Source: a virus (lineage: Duplodnaviria > Caudoviricetes). From it: a DNA stretch of 25,965 nt. Position 1 is the stretch's first letter. Every line of letters starts with the position of its first letter. Below, piece after piece: positions 16,407-24,880 of this stretch. The DNA lies in IMG/VR virus record IMGVR_UViG_3300038808_000065, positions 1 to 25,965 of that record. One strand, written 5' to 3'. The notes under the pieces were generated by a model, which made no database searches, was not told the DNA's origin, and saw only the letters and a list, made by a program, of their open reading frames with translations. Both the position numbers and the translations under genes were made by a program.

Positions 16407-18017
16407 ATGGCGAAGATCTCCGATCTACCCCTGCTGATTAACCCGGCCGGCAACGAGCTGGTGCCGGCGGTGAGCGGCGAAGAGACGGTCGGCGTCCGCA
16501 TCGACGCCCTCGTCGCCGCGGCGCTGCCGATCACGGTTGCCGACGACGGCGATCTGTTCGGCCTCGGCTATGGCTACGAATGCGACGCCTACGGTTGCGT
16601 GCTGGGCCTGCGCACCGACACCGGCGCACAACATCTGCTCGGCCTGTCGGTCGCGGGACGCATGATGGCGGACGATCGCAACCTGTTCGGCCCGAGCATC
16701 TCCTACGAGTGCGATGCCTACGGCTGCGTGACCCAGCGCGTCGATCAGGCCGGCACGCTTCACGTCCTCCAGATCGATGCGAAGTCGTCCGCGGCGTCGA
16801 GCGCGGCGATCGTCGAGCCGAGCGCCCGCGATAACGTCCTGCGCTACACGCCGGGCGGCTGGCTCATGATCCCGGTGTTCGGCGAAAGCACCTCGGTCGG
16901 ATTGCCAAGCCAAGGCGCGCAGGTCAGCACCTTTCAGCCGTATAGCAACCTCACCGGTGAATACGGCCCGGCGACCGCGCCGGGCGGCATGGGCACGCTT
17001 CGCGCACTGTACGAGGTGAAGCCGGAATATACCGCGTCGCCGACAGAGACGCCGTGCAGCGGCTTCGCCAACATGCTCAGCGAATATGCCTTCAAGCATT
17101 ATGGCGTCGTGCCGGCCGACATGCCGATCATCACCGGCTCGTTCGGACAGGGCGGACAGACGGTCGCGCAGCTGGCGAAGGGCGGATCGAGCGCCCGGTA
17201 CGATGACTGGCTGCTGCCCGCCATCGCCAATGTGAAAGCGCAGGCTGCTGCCGCCGGAAAGCCGCTCGTCGTTCCAGCTGTCGTCTTCATCTGTGGCGCG
17301 AACGACGGTGCCGCCGGCACGAGCTATGCCACGATGAAGGCTGGCCTGCTCAAGCTGGCGGCGGACTTCGACGCCGATGTGCGCGCGATCACCGGACAGA
17401 CCCAGCCGTGCGCGATGCTGCTCTACCAGACCAGCGGCTGTTTCGAGCGGACGTCGATCAAGCCGATCCTTCAGGCGCAGTTCGACGCACAGCGTGAAAG
17501 CCCGCTGATCGAATATGCCGGCAACTGGCAGGACGGCGAGTTTTGGGACGGCGTCCACCAGACCACACGGGGCACGCTCCGGATGGCGGCCAAGGAAGGC
17601 GTCATGGGCGCGCAGTACCTGTTCGAAGGGCGGGTGCGCGGTGGTCGTCCGCTTGCCGCCTGGGCACAGGCCGGTGCCGTGTCGGTGCGGTTCGACTGCC
17701 CGATGACGATCGACGTCGACAACATGGGCGCGGTGCAGGACTTCGGCATCGCCATCACCGACGATGCCGGCGTGGTGCCGATCGCCACCGTCAGCGTAGA
17801 CGGCGCGGTTGTCACGATTGATCCCGCTCGCCCGCTACAGGGATCTGCAACCTTTGAGCTGGCCCGCACCTATCAAGCCGCCAACACGACATCGGGCGGC
17901 TGCGCGACCAACCTGCGCGCCATCTACGCCGACACCTTCACCTATGGCGGCATCGCCTATCCGCTCTTCCGCTGGGGCGCGCATGCACTCCTGCCGATCA
18001 TCACCACGGAGCATTGA
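16407..18017 (+). CDS. Tail-associated SGNH/sialate O-acetylesterase-like protein (putative receptor-binding esterase)
   Basis: MAKISDLP N-terminus; SGNH blocks FGES, GQGG, GAND, DGVH; beta-rich C-terminus; directly downstream of tail fibre. Confidence 0.75.
   Translation: MAKISDLPLLINPAGNELVPAVSGEETVGVRIDALVAAALPITVADDGDLFGLGYGYECDAYGCVLGLRTDTGAQHLLGLSVAGRMMADDRNLFGPSISYECDAYGCVTQRVDQAGTLHVLQIDAKSSAASSAAIVEPSARDNVLRYTPGGWLMIPVFGESTSVGLPSQGAQVSTFQPYSNLTGEYGPATAPGGMGTLRALYEVKPEYTASPTETPCSGFANMLSEYAFKHYGVVPADMPIITGSFGQGGQTVAQLAKGGSSARYDDWLLPAIANVKAQAAAAGKPLVVPAVVFICGANDGAAGTSYATMKAGLLKLAADFDADVRAITGQTQPCAMLLYQTSGCFERTSIKPILQAQFDAQRESPLIEYAGNWQDGEFWDGVHQTTRGTLRMAAKEGVMGAQYLFEGRVRGGRPLAAWAQAGAVSVRFDCPMTIDVDNMGAVQDFGIAITDDAGVVPIATVSVDGAVVTIDPARPLQGSATFELARTYQAANTTSGGCATNLRAIYADTFTYGGIAYPLFRWGAHALLPIITTEH
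16542..16730 (+). repeat. Two-copy 43-aa internal repeat (129-nt period)
   Basis: DDGDLFGLGYGYECDAYGCV starting 16542 versus DDRNLFGPSISYECDAYGCV starting 16671. Confidence 0.85.
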
Positions 18018-18020
18018 GAC

Positions 18021-18797
18021 GTGACCCAGCGCACCATGAACCCGAACGCGCTCGCCGGCGCTTCCAACCTCGGCCGGTTCGACCGCTTCGTCGCAAGCGA
18101 TCGAGCGGGCCTCACCGCCGAATTGCAGTTCGGCCGCGACATGGCGACCAGCCGGATCAACCTCGCCAATCCCAACTCCCCGGGTAGCTGGACGGGCGCG
18201 CCCACCTTCCCGGCACCGCGGCTCGCCCGCGTTGGCGATGCGGATTATCTGACGATCGGCGCGATCGACAATGCGGAGCTGACCGTGATCGTCGCGGTCG
18301 AAATCCCCGGCGCTCCTGCGGCGGGCGGCGCGCTGCTTGGCAACTACTCGGTCCCCGGCGACTTCTTCCAGTTCGGCTACAAGGCCGGCGCTGGCCTGCG
18401 GGCGCTGGTGCCCAGCACGGCGGCCGAGGGATATGAGCAAGCCGCGCTTGGCACCGTGCCGTTCGGCGTCAGCATCTTTGCCCTGCGTACCACCGGTGCA
18501 GCGGCATTCACTGCCAAGCTCGATCACTTCAAGGGCGGCGATCACATCGACGGATCGGCGATGGTGAGTGCCAATAACCGCCGTGTCAGCCAGCTCCCAC
18601 TGCGGATCGGCGGTTCGACCACCGGAGCCTATATGGCGGGCTCGACCAACATCCATGGGGTGGCGGTCTATTCCGGACGGTGCATGTCCGATGCCGAACT
18701 GCTCGCGGAGGTTCGGGCGATCACCGCACTGGCGGCGGCCGAAGGACCATTGGCGCTGGCACTCACCCGCCCGGCGAACCACGCGGTACGTCTCTAG
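18021..18797 (+). CDS. Hypothetical tail-associated protein, possible LamG/concanavalin A-like lectin fold
   Basis: 258 aa, GTG start 3 nt after upstream stop; beta-rich; LRIGG...IHGVAVYSGRCMSDAEL resembles the LamG-like C-terminal motif. Confidence 0.6.
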   Translation: MTQRTMNPNALAGASNLGRFDRFVASDRAGLTAELQFGRDMATSRINLANPNSPGSWTGAPTFPAPRLARVGDADYLTIGAIDNAELTVIVAVEIPGAPAAGGALLGNYSVPGDFFQFGYKAGAGLRALVPSTAAEGYEQAALGTVPFGVSIFALRTTGAAAFTAKLDHFKGGDHIDGSAMVSANNRRVSQLPLRIGGSTTGAYMAGSTNIHGVAVYSGRCMSDAELLAEVRAITALAAAEGPLALALTRPANHAVRL

Positions 18798-18802
18798 GGC
18801 CT

Positions 18803-18827
18803 TGTTGTAGGACGGAGCATTACAACA
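18803..18827. promoter_or_regulatory. Late-promoter activator box 3 (upstream of V)
   Basis: TGTTGTA-N11-TACAACA. Confidence 0.8.
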
Positions 18828-18870
18828 CAGGCTCCGCGCCCGCCCCTCGCGTCTGATGCAGACAGCCAAC

Positions 18871-19407
18871 ATGGCCGATGCCGACGCCTTTGATGACATG
18901 ATCCGTTACGGCAAAGTCGATTCAGTCGATCTTGCCGCCGGCCGTTGCGTAATTCGAGTGGGTGATATCCTCACCCAGCCGGTCAAATGGCTGGAGCTTC
19001 GCGCCGGCCGCACCCGGACGTGGTCGCCGCCATCAACTGGCGAACAGGTCGTGCTGCTATGCCCCGCTGGTGATATTGCCGGTGCCATCGCTATCCGTGG
19101 GGTTTCAAGCGATGCGTATCGCTCCGCAGGCGATAGCGAACGCGAGCTGATCGAGTTCGGCGACGGCACCATCATCGCCTACGATCCCGCCGCGCACCTA
19201 TTCGAGCTGCTTGCCGGAGCAGGCCGCCTACGTGTGGCCGCAACCGGTGGTCTGTCGATCGAAGGCCCGGTGACGATCACCGGGTCGCTCGCCGTTGATG
19301 GCAAGATCTCCGCGACCGACGACGTCGAGGCCGCAGGTAAGAGCCTGACGGATCACGTTCATCTTCAGGTGCAGCCGGGCAGCGGCGTGTCGGGCAGGCC
19401 GCGATGA
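18871..19407 (+). CDS. gpV: Baseplate spike protein (P2 gpV)
   Basis: IRYGKVDSVD, W...RAG..RTWSPPSTGEQV, FGDGTIIAYD, SLTDHVH metal-binding tip; alternative start 18856. Confidence 0.95.
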   Translation: MADADAFDDMIRYGKVDSVDLAAGRCVIRVGDILTQPVKWLELRAGRTRTWSPPSTGEQVVLLCPAGDIAGAIAIRGVSSDAYRSAGDSERELIEFGDGTIIAYDPAAHLFELLAGAGRLRVAATGGLSIEGPVTITGSLAVDGKISATDDVEAAGKSLTDHVHLQVQPGSGVSGRPR

Positions 19408-19760
19408 TCGGCATGGATGCGGCGACCGGCCGCCAGCTTGCCGGCGATGCTCACCTTGCACAGAGCTGCGCCGATATCCTTACGACGCCGATCGGCACCC
19501 GCGTCATGCGCCGCGATTATGGCTCCGCCATCTTCGATCTGATCGACCAGCCGCACAATCCGCTCACACGCATGCGAATCGTCGCAGCCACCGCCGTCGC
19601 GCTCGCGCGCTGGGAACCGCGCATCGCGCTCACCCGCGTGTCGTTCGACGACACGGCACCGCCTGCGCGTCCGATCCTGCTGTTGGAAGGGCATCGGACT
19701 GACAGCCCGGCCGGCAACAGCTTCACCACCCTCACCATCCCGCTTCGCCCCGCAAGCTGA
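19404..19760 (+). CDS. gpW: Baseplate wedge protein (P2 gpW / gp25-like)
   Basis: GMDAATG, HLAQSCADILTTPIGTRVMRRDYGS, ALARWEPRI. Confidence 0.96.
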   Translation: MIGMDAATGRQLAGDAHLAQSCADILTTPIGTRVMRRDYGSAIFDLIDQPHNPLTRMRIVAATAVALARWEPRIALTRVSFDDTAPPARPILLLEGHRTDSPAGNSFTTLTIPLRPAS

Positions 19761-19771
19761 AGGACTTTCCC

Positions 19772-20920
19772 ATGGCGTTTCTCCACGGTATCAAGATCAA
19801 CGAGCCGCTCACCGGCGCAACCCTCGCCCTCACCGCCCTTTCCGCAGTGATCGGTATCGTGGCGACCGCCAGTGACGCGGACGCGACGGTATTTCCCCTC
19901 GATCGTCCGGTGCTGATCACCGACGTCAACGCCGCGATCGGCAAGGCTGGCGTCGAAGGCACGCTAGCGAAGACACTTGGCGAGATCGCCAATCACGGAT
20001 CGCCCATCGTGGTTGCCGTCCGCGTGGCGACCGCGGCTGCCGGAGCGATGGACGACAACGTCGTCGGAACCCGCGTGGACAACGCCTATACCGGCCTACA
20101 GGCGCTCTTGGCGGCAGAGGGGCAGGTCGGGGTCCGTCCGCGCATTATCGGCTGTCCTGGGCTTGATACGGAGGTCGTGGCGACCGCCATTGCCATCGTT
20201 GCTCGCAAGTTGCGCGGCTTCGCCTACGTCCAGTGCGAGGGCGACAGTGTCGCGGAGGCGCTGCTGTACCGCGAAAAGTTCGCTTCGCGCGAGTTGATGG
20301 GCCTTTGGCCCGAATGGACGGGTGGCCCGGTCGGTACGTGGTCCGGCAAGGCTGTTGCCGTGGCGTTGGGGCAGCGCGCCGCGATCGACGAGGCAGTGGG
20401 CTGGCATCAGGGCATTTCGAATGTCGCTGTTGCCGGCGTCACGGGCATGAGCAAGGATGTCAATTTCGACCTTCAAGACATGTCCACCGATGCCGGCCTG
20501 CTCAACGCTGGCCACGTCACGACGCTGATCAACCTCAACGGCCGCCGCTTTTGGGGCAACCGGACCTTCTCGGACGAGCCGCAGTTCGCCTTCGAGGTCG
20601 CGGTGCGAACCTCACAGGCGATTCAGGACATCATCGCGACCACTCTCGCGCGCTTTGTCGACAAACCCATGACGAAGGGCCTCGTCGGCGACATCGTCGA
20701 GACGGTCAATGCGCAGCTCCGGCAGTGGTCCGGCGAAGGCCGGCTCGTCGGCGGCACCTGCTGGTACGATCCGGCCTCCAACGCCGAGGCCGCCCTGTCC
20801 GCCGGCCGGCTGGTGATCGACTATGATTTCACGCCCTGCGCCCCGCTCGAAGGGCTGGAGCTGAACCAGCGCATCACTGACAAATATTACGCCGGCTTTG
20901 CGGACAACATCGCGGCCTGA
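19772..20920 (+). CDS. gpFI: Tail sheath protein (P2 FI)
   Basis: FLHGI, DADATVFPLDRPVL, TGLQALL, PRIIGCPG, GWHQGISN, RFWGNRT, IDYDFTP..PLE. Confidence 0.96.
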   Translation: MAFLHGIKINEPLTGATLALTALSAVIGIVATASDADATVFPLDRPVLITDVNAAIGKAGVEGTLAKTLGEIANHGSPIVVAVRVATAAAGAMDDNVVGTRVDNAYTGLQALLAAEGQVGVRPRIIGCPGLDTEVVATAIAIVARKLRGFAYVQCEGDSVAEALLYREKFASRELMGLWPEWTGGPVGTWSGKAVAVALGQRAAIDEAVGWHQGISNVAVAGVTGMSKDVNFDLQDMSTDAGLLNAGHVTTLINLNGRRFWGNRTFSDEPQFAFEVAVRTSQAIQDIIATTLARFVDKPMTKGLVGDIVETVNAQLRQWSGEGRLVGGTCWYDPASNAEAALSAGRLVIDYDFTPCAPLEGLELNQRITDKYYAGFADNIAA

Positions 20921-20970
20921 CGTCGCGCCCTCCCACCCCACCAATGATCTGATCCGAAGGACGATACGTC

Positions 20971-21480
20971 ATGCACCTGCCCGCCAAGCTGAAGAATTGG
21001 GATCTCCACGTCGACGGCGTGAATTACGCCGGCGAAGTCGGTGAGATCGCCCTCCCCAAGATCGCCGAGAAGGTCGAGCAGTGGCGCGGTGCCGGCATGC
21101 TCGGCGAGGTCGATATCGGCATGGGCCTCGAGAAGCTGGAAATGGAAACCAAGTTCGGCGGCCTTGTCCTCGGCATCCTGCGCCAGTTCGGTGTCGTCTC
21201 GCTTGGCGGCGTCATGCTCCGGTTTAACGGTGCCTATCAGGATGACTATACCGCGACCACCGTCGCGGCCGAGCTGGTCGTGCGCGGCAAGCATGTCGAG
21301 ATCGATCCCGGCACCGCCAAGCCCGGCGACAACACCGAATGGACCGTGAAATCCACGCTCACCTACCTGCGGTGGCGCGTCAACGGCCGGACGGAAATCG
21401 AGATCGACATCATTAACGCGATCTGGATCGTCGATGGCATCGACCGGTACGCGGAGATCCGCGCCGCCATGGGCCGCTGA
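20971..21480 (+). CDS. gpFII: Tail tube protein (P2 FII)
   Basis: LPAKLKN, LPKI..K.E.WRGAGM, LRFNGAYQ.D, EID.G.AK.G, EIDIIN, VDGIDR. Confidence 0.96.
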   Translation: MHLPAKLKNWDLHVDGVNYAGEVGEIALPKIAEKVEQWRGAGMLGEVDIGMGLEKLEMETKFGGLVLGILRQFGVVSLGGVMLRFNGAYQDDYTATTVAAELVVRGKHVEIDPGTAKPGDNTEWTVKSTLTYLRWRVNGRTEIEIDIINAIWIVDGIDRYAEIRAAMGR

Positions 21481-21503
21481 TCCGCCACCGACTTCGCGAA
21501 ATT

Positions 21504-21523
21504 GCGCAAGTTCGATCTTGCGC
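21504..21523 (+). other. Hairpin in FII-E intergenic region
   Basis: GCGCAAG-TTCGAT-CTTGCGC; no U-tract; overlapped by tandem palindromes TTCGCGAA and TTGCGCAA. Confidence 0.4.
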
Positions 21524-21545
21524 GTGACTACAGGAACCCGTCCCC

Positions 21546-22160
21546 ATGGCTGACAAGACTGCCGCCGTCCTCCCGCTCGCCCCCAGCATCACTGTCGCGA
21601 TCGACAAGCCGCTTGTTCGGGGAGAGGATCTTCTCGCCTCGCTCACCTTCCGCCGGCCGACCACCGTCGTTCTGCTCGATATGTCTCTGATCCAGCTTGG
21701 CCTTGCCGACATGGACACGATCCGCATGCTGCTCGCCCGCACCAGCACCGACGGCCTGATCGTACAGGAGGTCGACCGCATCGACGGCGCGGACATGCTG
21801 GAGATCGCGCACGACATCGCCGCGTTCTTCCAGATCGATGACGACGAAGTACCGGCGATCACAATTGACGGCGACATCGTCACCATCCCGCTCGTCAAGC
21901 CGATCCGATTGTCGGAGGACGATGAAGCGGCGCAGATCACCCAGCTACGCCTGCGCCGGCCCGACAGCGGCGTATTTCGCGGCCTATCCCTCGCGCGATT
22001 GGGCCAGATGGAAACGCGCAGCCTTGCCGCCCTGCTGCCGCGGATCGCGCTCGAACGCGTCCGGGAGGCGGAGATCCACGCGATCGACCCCGTCGACTGG
22101 ATGCGCATCGCCAACGAGGTGGGCGATTTTTTGCTGCCGAGGCGGCTGCGCACCGCCTGA
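21546..22160 (+). CDS. gpE: Tail assembly chaperone (P2 gpE), two tandem domains
   Basis: 204 aa; two copies of the KP..R....L.RRP....SL..L......LL.R......E...ID..D.....I/V..F pattern; located between FII and T. Confidence 0.9.
   Translation: MADKTAAVLPLAPSITVAIDKPLVRGEDLLASLTFRRPTTVVLLDMSLIQLGLADMDTIRMLLARTSTDGLIVQEVDRIDGADMLEIAHDIAAFFQIDDDEVPAITIDGDIVTIPLVKPIRLSEDDEAAQITQLRLRRPDSGVFRGLSLARLGQMETRSLAALLPRIALERVREAEIHAIDPVDWMRIANEVGDFLLPRRLRTA
22127..22133 (+). other. Programmed -1 ribosomal frameshift site (E to E+E')
   Basis: TTTTTTG (GAT TTT TTG) near the end of E, the same slippery sequence as P2; -1 frame open to TGA at 22298-22300. Confidence 0.85.
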
Positions 22161-22300
22161 CCGACGATCTGGAGGAAGCGATGGCGAACATCTTCGCCAT
22201 CCTTCCCGGCCTATCGTACGACGCGATGTGCGCGATGCGCCCCTCGCACCTGATGGAATGGCACGATCGCGCGCTGGCGCGGTCGGGCAGCCAGGAGTGA
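22130..22300 (+). CDS. gpE': E' frameshift extension of tail chaperone (not in the supplied ORF track)
   Basis: -1 frame translates FAAEAAAHRLTDDLEEAMANIFAILPGLSYDAMCAMRPSHLMEWHDRALARSGSQE*, matching the P2 E' pattern MA.I......M....LM.W...A..R. Confidence 0.85.
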   Translation, partial: FAAEAAAHRLTDDLEEAMANIFAILPGLSYDAMCAMRPSHLMEWHDRALARSGSQE

Positions 22301-22303
22301 CCC

Positions 22304-24877
22304 ATGGCCAGCGGCCGCAACCTCGATCTGCTCCTGCGCTTCACCGCCCTCGACCGGCTGACCAGCCCGTTGCGCAACATGAGCCGCGGCGTGACCGGCG
22401 CGCGCAACGCAGTCGCCGCCACCACGCGCGAGCTGGCAGACCTCAACCGGACGCAGGAACGGATCGCCAAATTCAAAGGACTGGAAAACCGCCTCACCAG
22501 CCAGAGCGCTAAGCTGGCGGAGACCAGCGCCAAGACGATCAAGCTGAAGGATGCGCTGGCATCGACCACCCAGCCCACCGCCCGGATGGCCGCGGCCGTC
22601 GCTGCGGCCGAACAGCGCGAGGCGCGGCTCAGCACCGGCCTCGCCCGTGAGACGCAGCGCCTGTCGTCACTTCGCCGTGAGCTGACCGGTGCCGGCATCG
22701 ATACCGGCCGCCTTGCCGATCACGAACGTTCCCTCGGCACAAGCATCGACGGCACGAATCGGCGGCTGGCGGAACAGCAGCGCCGGTTGGAAACGATCGA
22801 GCGGCGACGCGCACGTGTCGACAGCGCCCGTGAAACCGGGGGGAAGCTGCAAAGTGCCGGCGGTTCGGCGACCGCAGCCGGCGCGGTGATCGGTGCGCCG
22901 CTGGTGATCGCCGGCGGCAAGTGGCGTGAATTCGAAAGCGGCATGACTGACATCGCGCAAAAGGGCGAGATGTCGCGAAAGGCGGCTCGCGCCATGGGCG
23001 GCGAGATCATGCGAATGGCTCCGCGCGTCAATCAACTCGCCAGCGACCTGCGCACCGGCGTCGACGAGCTTGCGGGGTTCGGCATGAAGCCGGCCGAGGC
23101 GCTGGCGATGATGGAGCCGATCGGCAAGACGGCGACCGCCTACAAGGCGCAGAACGAGGATCTCGCCAAAGCCACGTTCGCCACCTACGACAATCTGAAG
23201 GTGCCGCTGGGCGAGACCGCCAAGACACTCGATATCCTCGCCTTCGCGGGAAAAAAGGGTGCGTTTGAGGTCAAGGATATGGCCAAGCACTTCCCCGCCT
23301 TGACGGCCGCCGCGCAAGGGCTGGGCCAGAAGGGCAACGGAGCCGTCGCGGATCTGGGCGCGGCGCTCCAGATCGTCCGCAAGGGCGCTGGCGACAGCGA
23401 CACGGCCGGCAACAATCTCATTAACCTGCTCGCCAAGATCAACACCGAAGATACGATCAAGAATTTTAAGGATTTTGGCATCGATCTGCCGAAGGCGATG
23501 AAAAAGGCCGCCAAGGAAAGCAAGTCGCCGATCGAGGCGATCACGGAGCTGACCAAGCAGGCGCTGAAGGGCGATCCCAGCAAACTTTCGTTCCTGTTCG
23601 GCGACATGCAGGTGCAGCAGGCGATGCGCCCGCTGCTTGCCAACATGGCTGAATATCGTGCGATCCGCGCCGGAGCATTGCAGGCTAACGGCGTCGTCGA
23701 TGCTGATTTTACGGAACGGCTTAGAGACGGCGCGGAGAAATCCAGAGCCTTTTCGATCGAGATGGAAAATCTTGGCTTGAAGGTCGGCAGCGTAACAGGA
23801 CCGATGCTGGACAACGCCAAGGGCAAGCTCGCCGGCATGGCATCTTGGTTCTCGCAATTGAGCGAGAGCAACCCGGCGCTGTTTGCCGGTCTTGTCACCG
23901 TCGGCGGTGGCCTCGCCGGCGTGCTGGCGATCGTAGGGCCACTCGCGCTGGCGATCGGCATGATGCTGCCGGGTCTCGCGATGATGAAGAATGGGCTGGG
24001 TACACTGGTCCCCGTCCTGAAATTTGCGGGCGTCGCGATCCGGTTCGTATCGATCGGGCTGGGGCGGATGGCGCTTGCCGTGCTGACCAACCCCGTACTG
24101 CTGCTGGCGGCCGGTATCGCGGTAGGCGCGTACCTGATCTACAAGAACTGGAGCACCGTTCAGGGGTATCTCTCCGCTGGCCTCGCATGGTTTCAGGGCC
24201 TGTGGGCGCGGTTCAACATCTTCACCGTCGCCGGCCTCGGCCGCCTTGGTGGCGCCATCCTCAGCTTCAGCCCGCTCGGATTGTTCTACCGCGCCTTCGC
24301 TGGCCTGATGAGCTGGTTCGGCGTGTCGCTGCCCAACACCTTCGCCGGATTCGGTGCGATGATCATCGGTGGATTGTGGCGCGGCATCACCAGCCGCCTC
24401 GCTGCCCTGAAAAGCGGGATCATCGGGATCGCCTCTAGCGCGGCCGGCTGGTTCAAGAAGGCGATGGGCATCCACTCGCCATCGCGCGTTTTCATGGGCT
24501 TCGGCGGGTTCATGACGCAGGGTCTGGCGCTCGGCGTCGATAGGGGCGCGCGCCAGCCTCTCGATCGCGTGCGTCGCATGGCGAGCGACATCGCTGCGGC
24601 CGGTGCACCGCCCCGCATGCTGCGCAATGCGGTGACGATCGCCGGAGCGGTAGCTGCCGGCGCAGGCGTGCCATCAGTTGCGTCGTCTGCGCCTGCGCGA
24701 TCCTCGCCTGCTGCTCCGGCCGCAGCCGCCCGCCCGACGATCGTTCAGCATCACCAGCACGATTATCATATTTCGATCGCTGGCGGGGGTGATGTCCGCA
24801 GCCAGGCGCGCGAGCTGTTGGCGGAGATCGAGCGCCTTCAGCGCGTCCAGCGCGACCGCTCCTACGAGGACAATTGA
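22304..24877 (+). CDS. gpT: Tail tape measure protein (P2 gpT)
   Basis: 857 aa; ALDRLTSPL N-terminus, coiled-coil, hydrophobic region with YLIYKNW, GIHSPSRVFMGFG motif. Confidence 0.95.
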   Translation: MASGRNLDLLLRFTALDRLTSPLRNMSRGVTGARNAVAATTRELADLNRTQERIAKFKGLENRLTSQSAKLAETSAKTIKLKDALASTTQPTARMAAAVAAAEQREARLSTGLARETQRLSSLRRELTGAGIDTGRLADHERSLGTSIDGTNRRLAEQQRRLETIERRRARVDSARETGGKLQSAGGSATAAGAVIGAPLVIAGGKWREFESGMTDIAQKGEMSRKAARAMGGEIMRMAPRVNQLASDLRTGVDELAGFGMKPAEALAMMEPIGKTATAYKAQNEDLAKATFATYDNLKVPLGETAKTLDILAFAGKKGAFEVKDMAKHFPALTAAAQGLGQKGNGAVADLGAALQIVRKGAGDSDTAGNNLINLLAKINTEDTIKNFKDFGIDLPKAMKKAAKESKSPIEAITELTKQALKGDPSKLSFLFGDMQVQQAMRPLLANMAEYRAIRAGALQANGVVDADFTERLRDGAEKSRAFSIEMENLGLKVGSVTGPMLDNAKGKLAGMASWFSQLSESNPALFAGLVTVGGGLAGVLAIVGPLALAIGMMLPGLAMMKNGLGTLVPVLKFAGVAIRFVSIGLGRMALAVLTNPVLLLAAGIAVGAYLIYKNWSTVQGYLSAGLAWFQGLWARFNIFTVAGLGRLGGAILSFSPLGLFYRAFAGLMSWFGVSLPNTFAGFGAMIIGGLWRGITSRLAALKSGIIGIASSAAGWFKKAMGIHSPSRVFMGFGGFMTQGLALGVDRGARQPLDRVRRMASDIAAAGAPPRMLRNAVTIAGAVAAGAGVPSVASSAPARSSPAAPAAAARPTIVQHHQHDYHISIAGGGDVRSQARELLAEIERLQRVQRDRSYEDN

Positions 24878-24880
24878 TCC

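Noticed and set aside
15410-18797. Invertible tail-fibre cassette or diversity-generating retroelement
   Set aside because: No inverted fibre copy, recombinase, reverse transcriptase or TR/VR repeat pair seen
7440-18827. Repeated TGTTGTA...TACAACA palindrome as CRISPR repeat, IS end or invertase site
   Set aside because: Copies are kilobases apart with variable cores, always at late operon starts; no cas, transposase or invertase gene in the window
22667-24475. Long antisense ORFs (602 aa here; also 12004-13323, 13712-14794, 16425-17558, 8779-9714, 5489-6415)
   Set aside because: Shadow frames of high-GC coding genes with no recognisable motifs, fully overlapping confident phage genes
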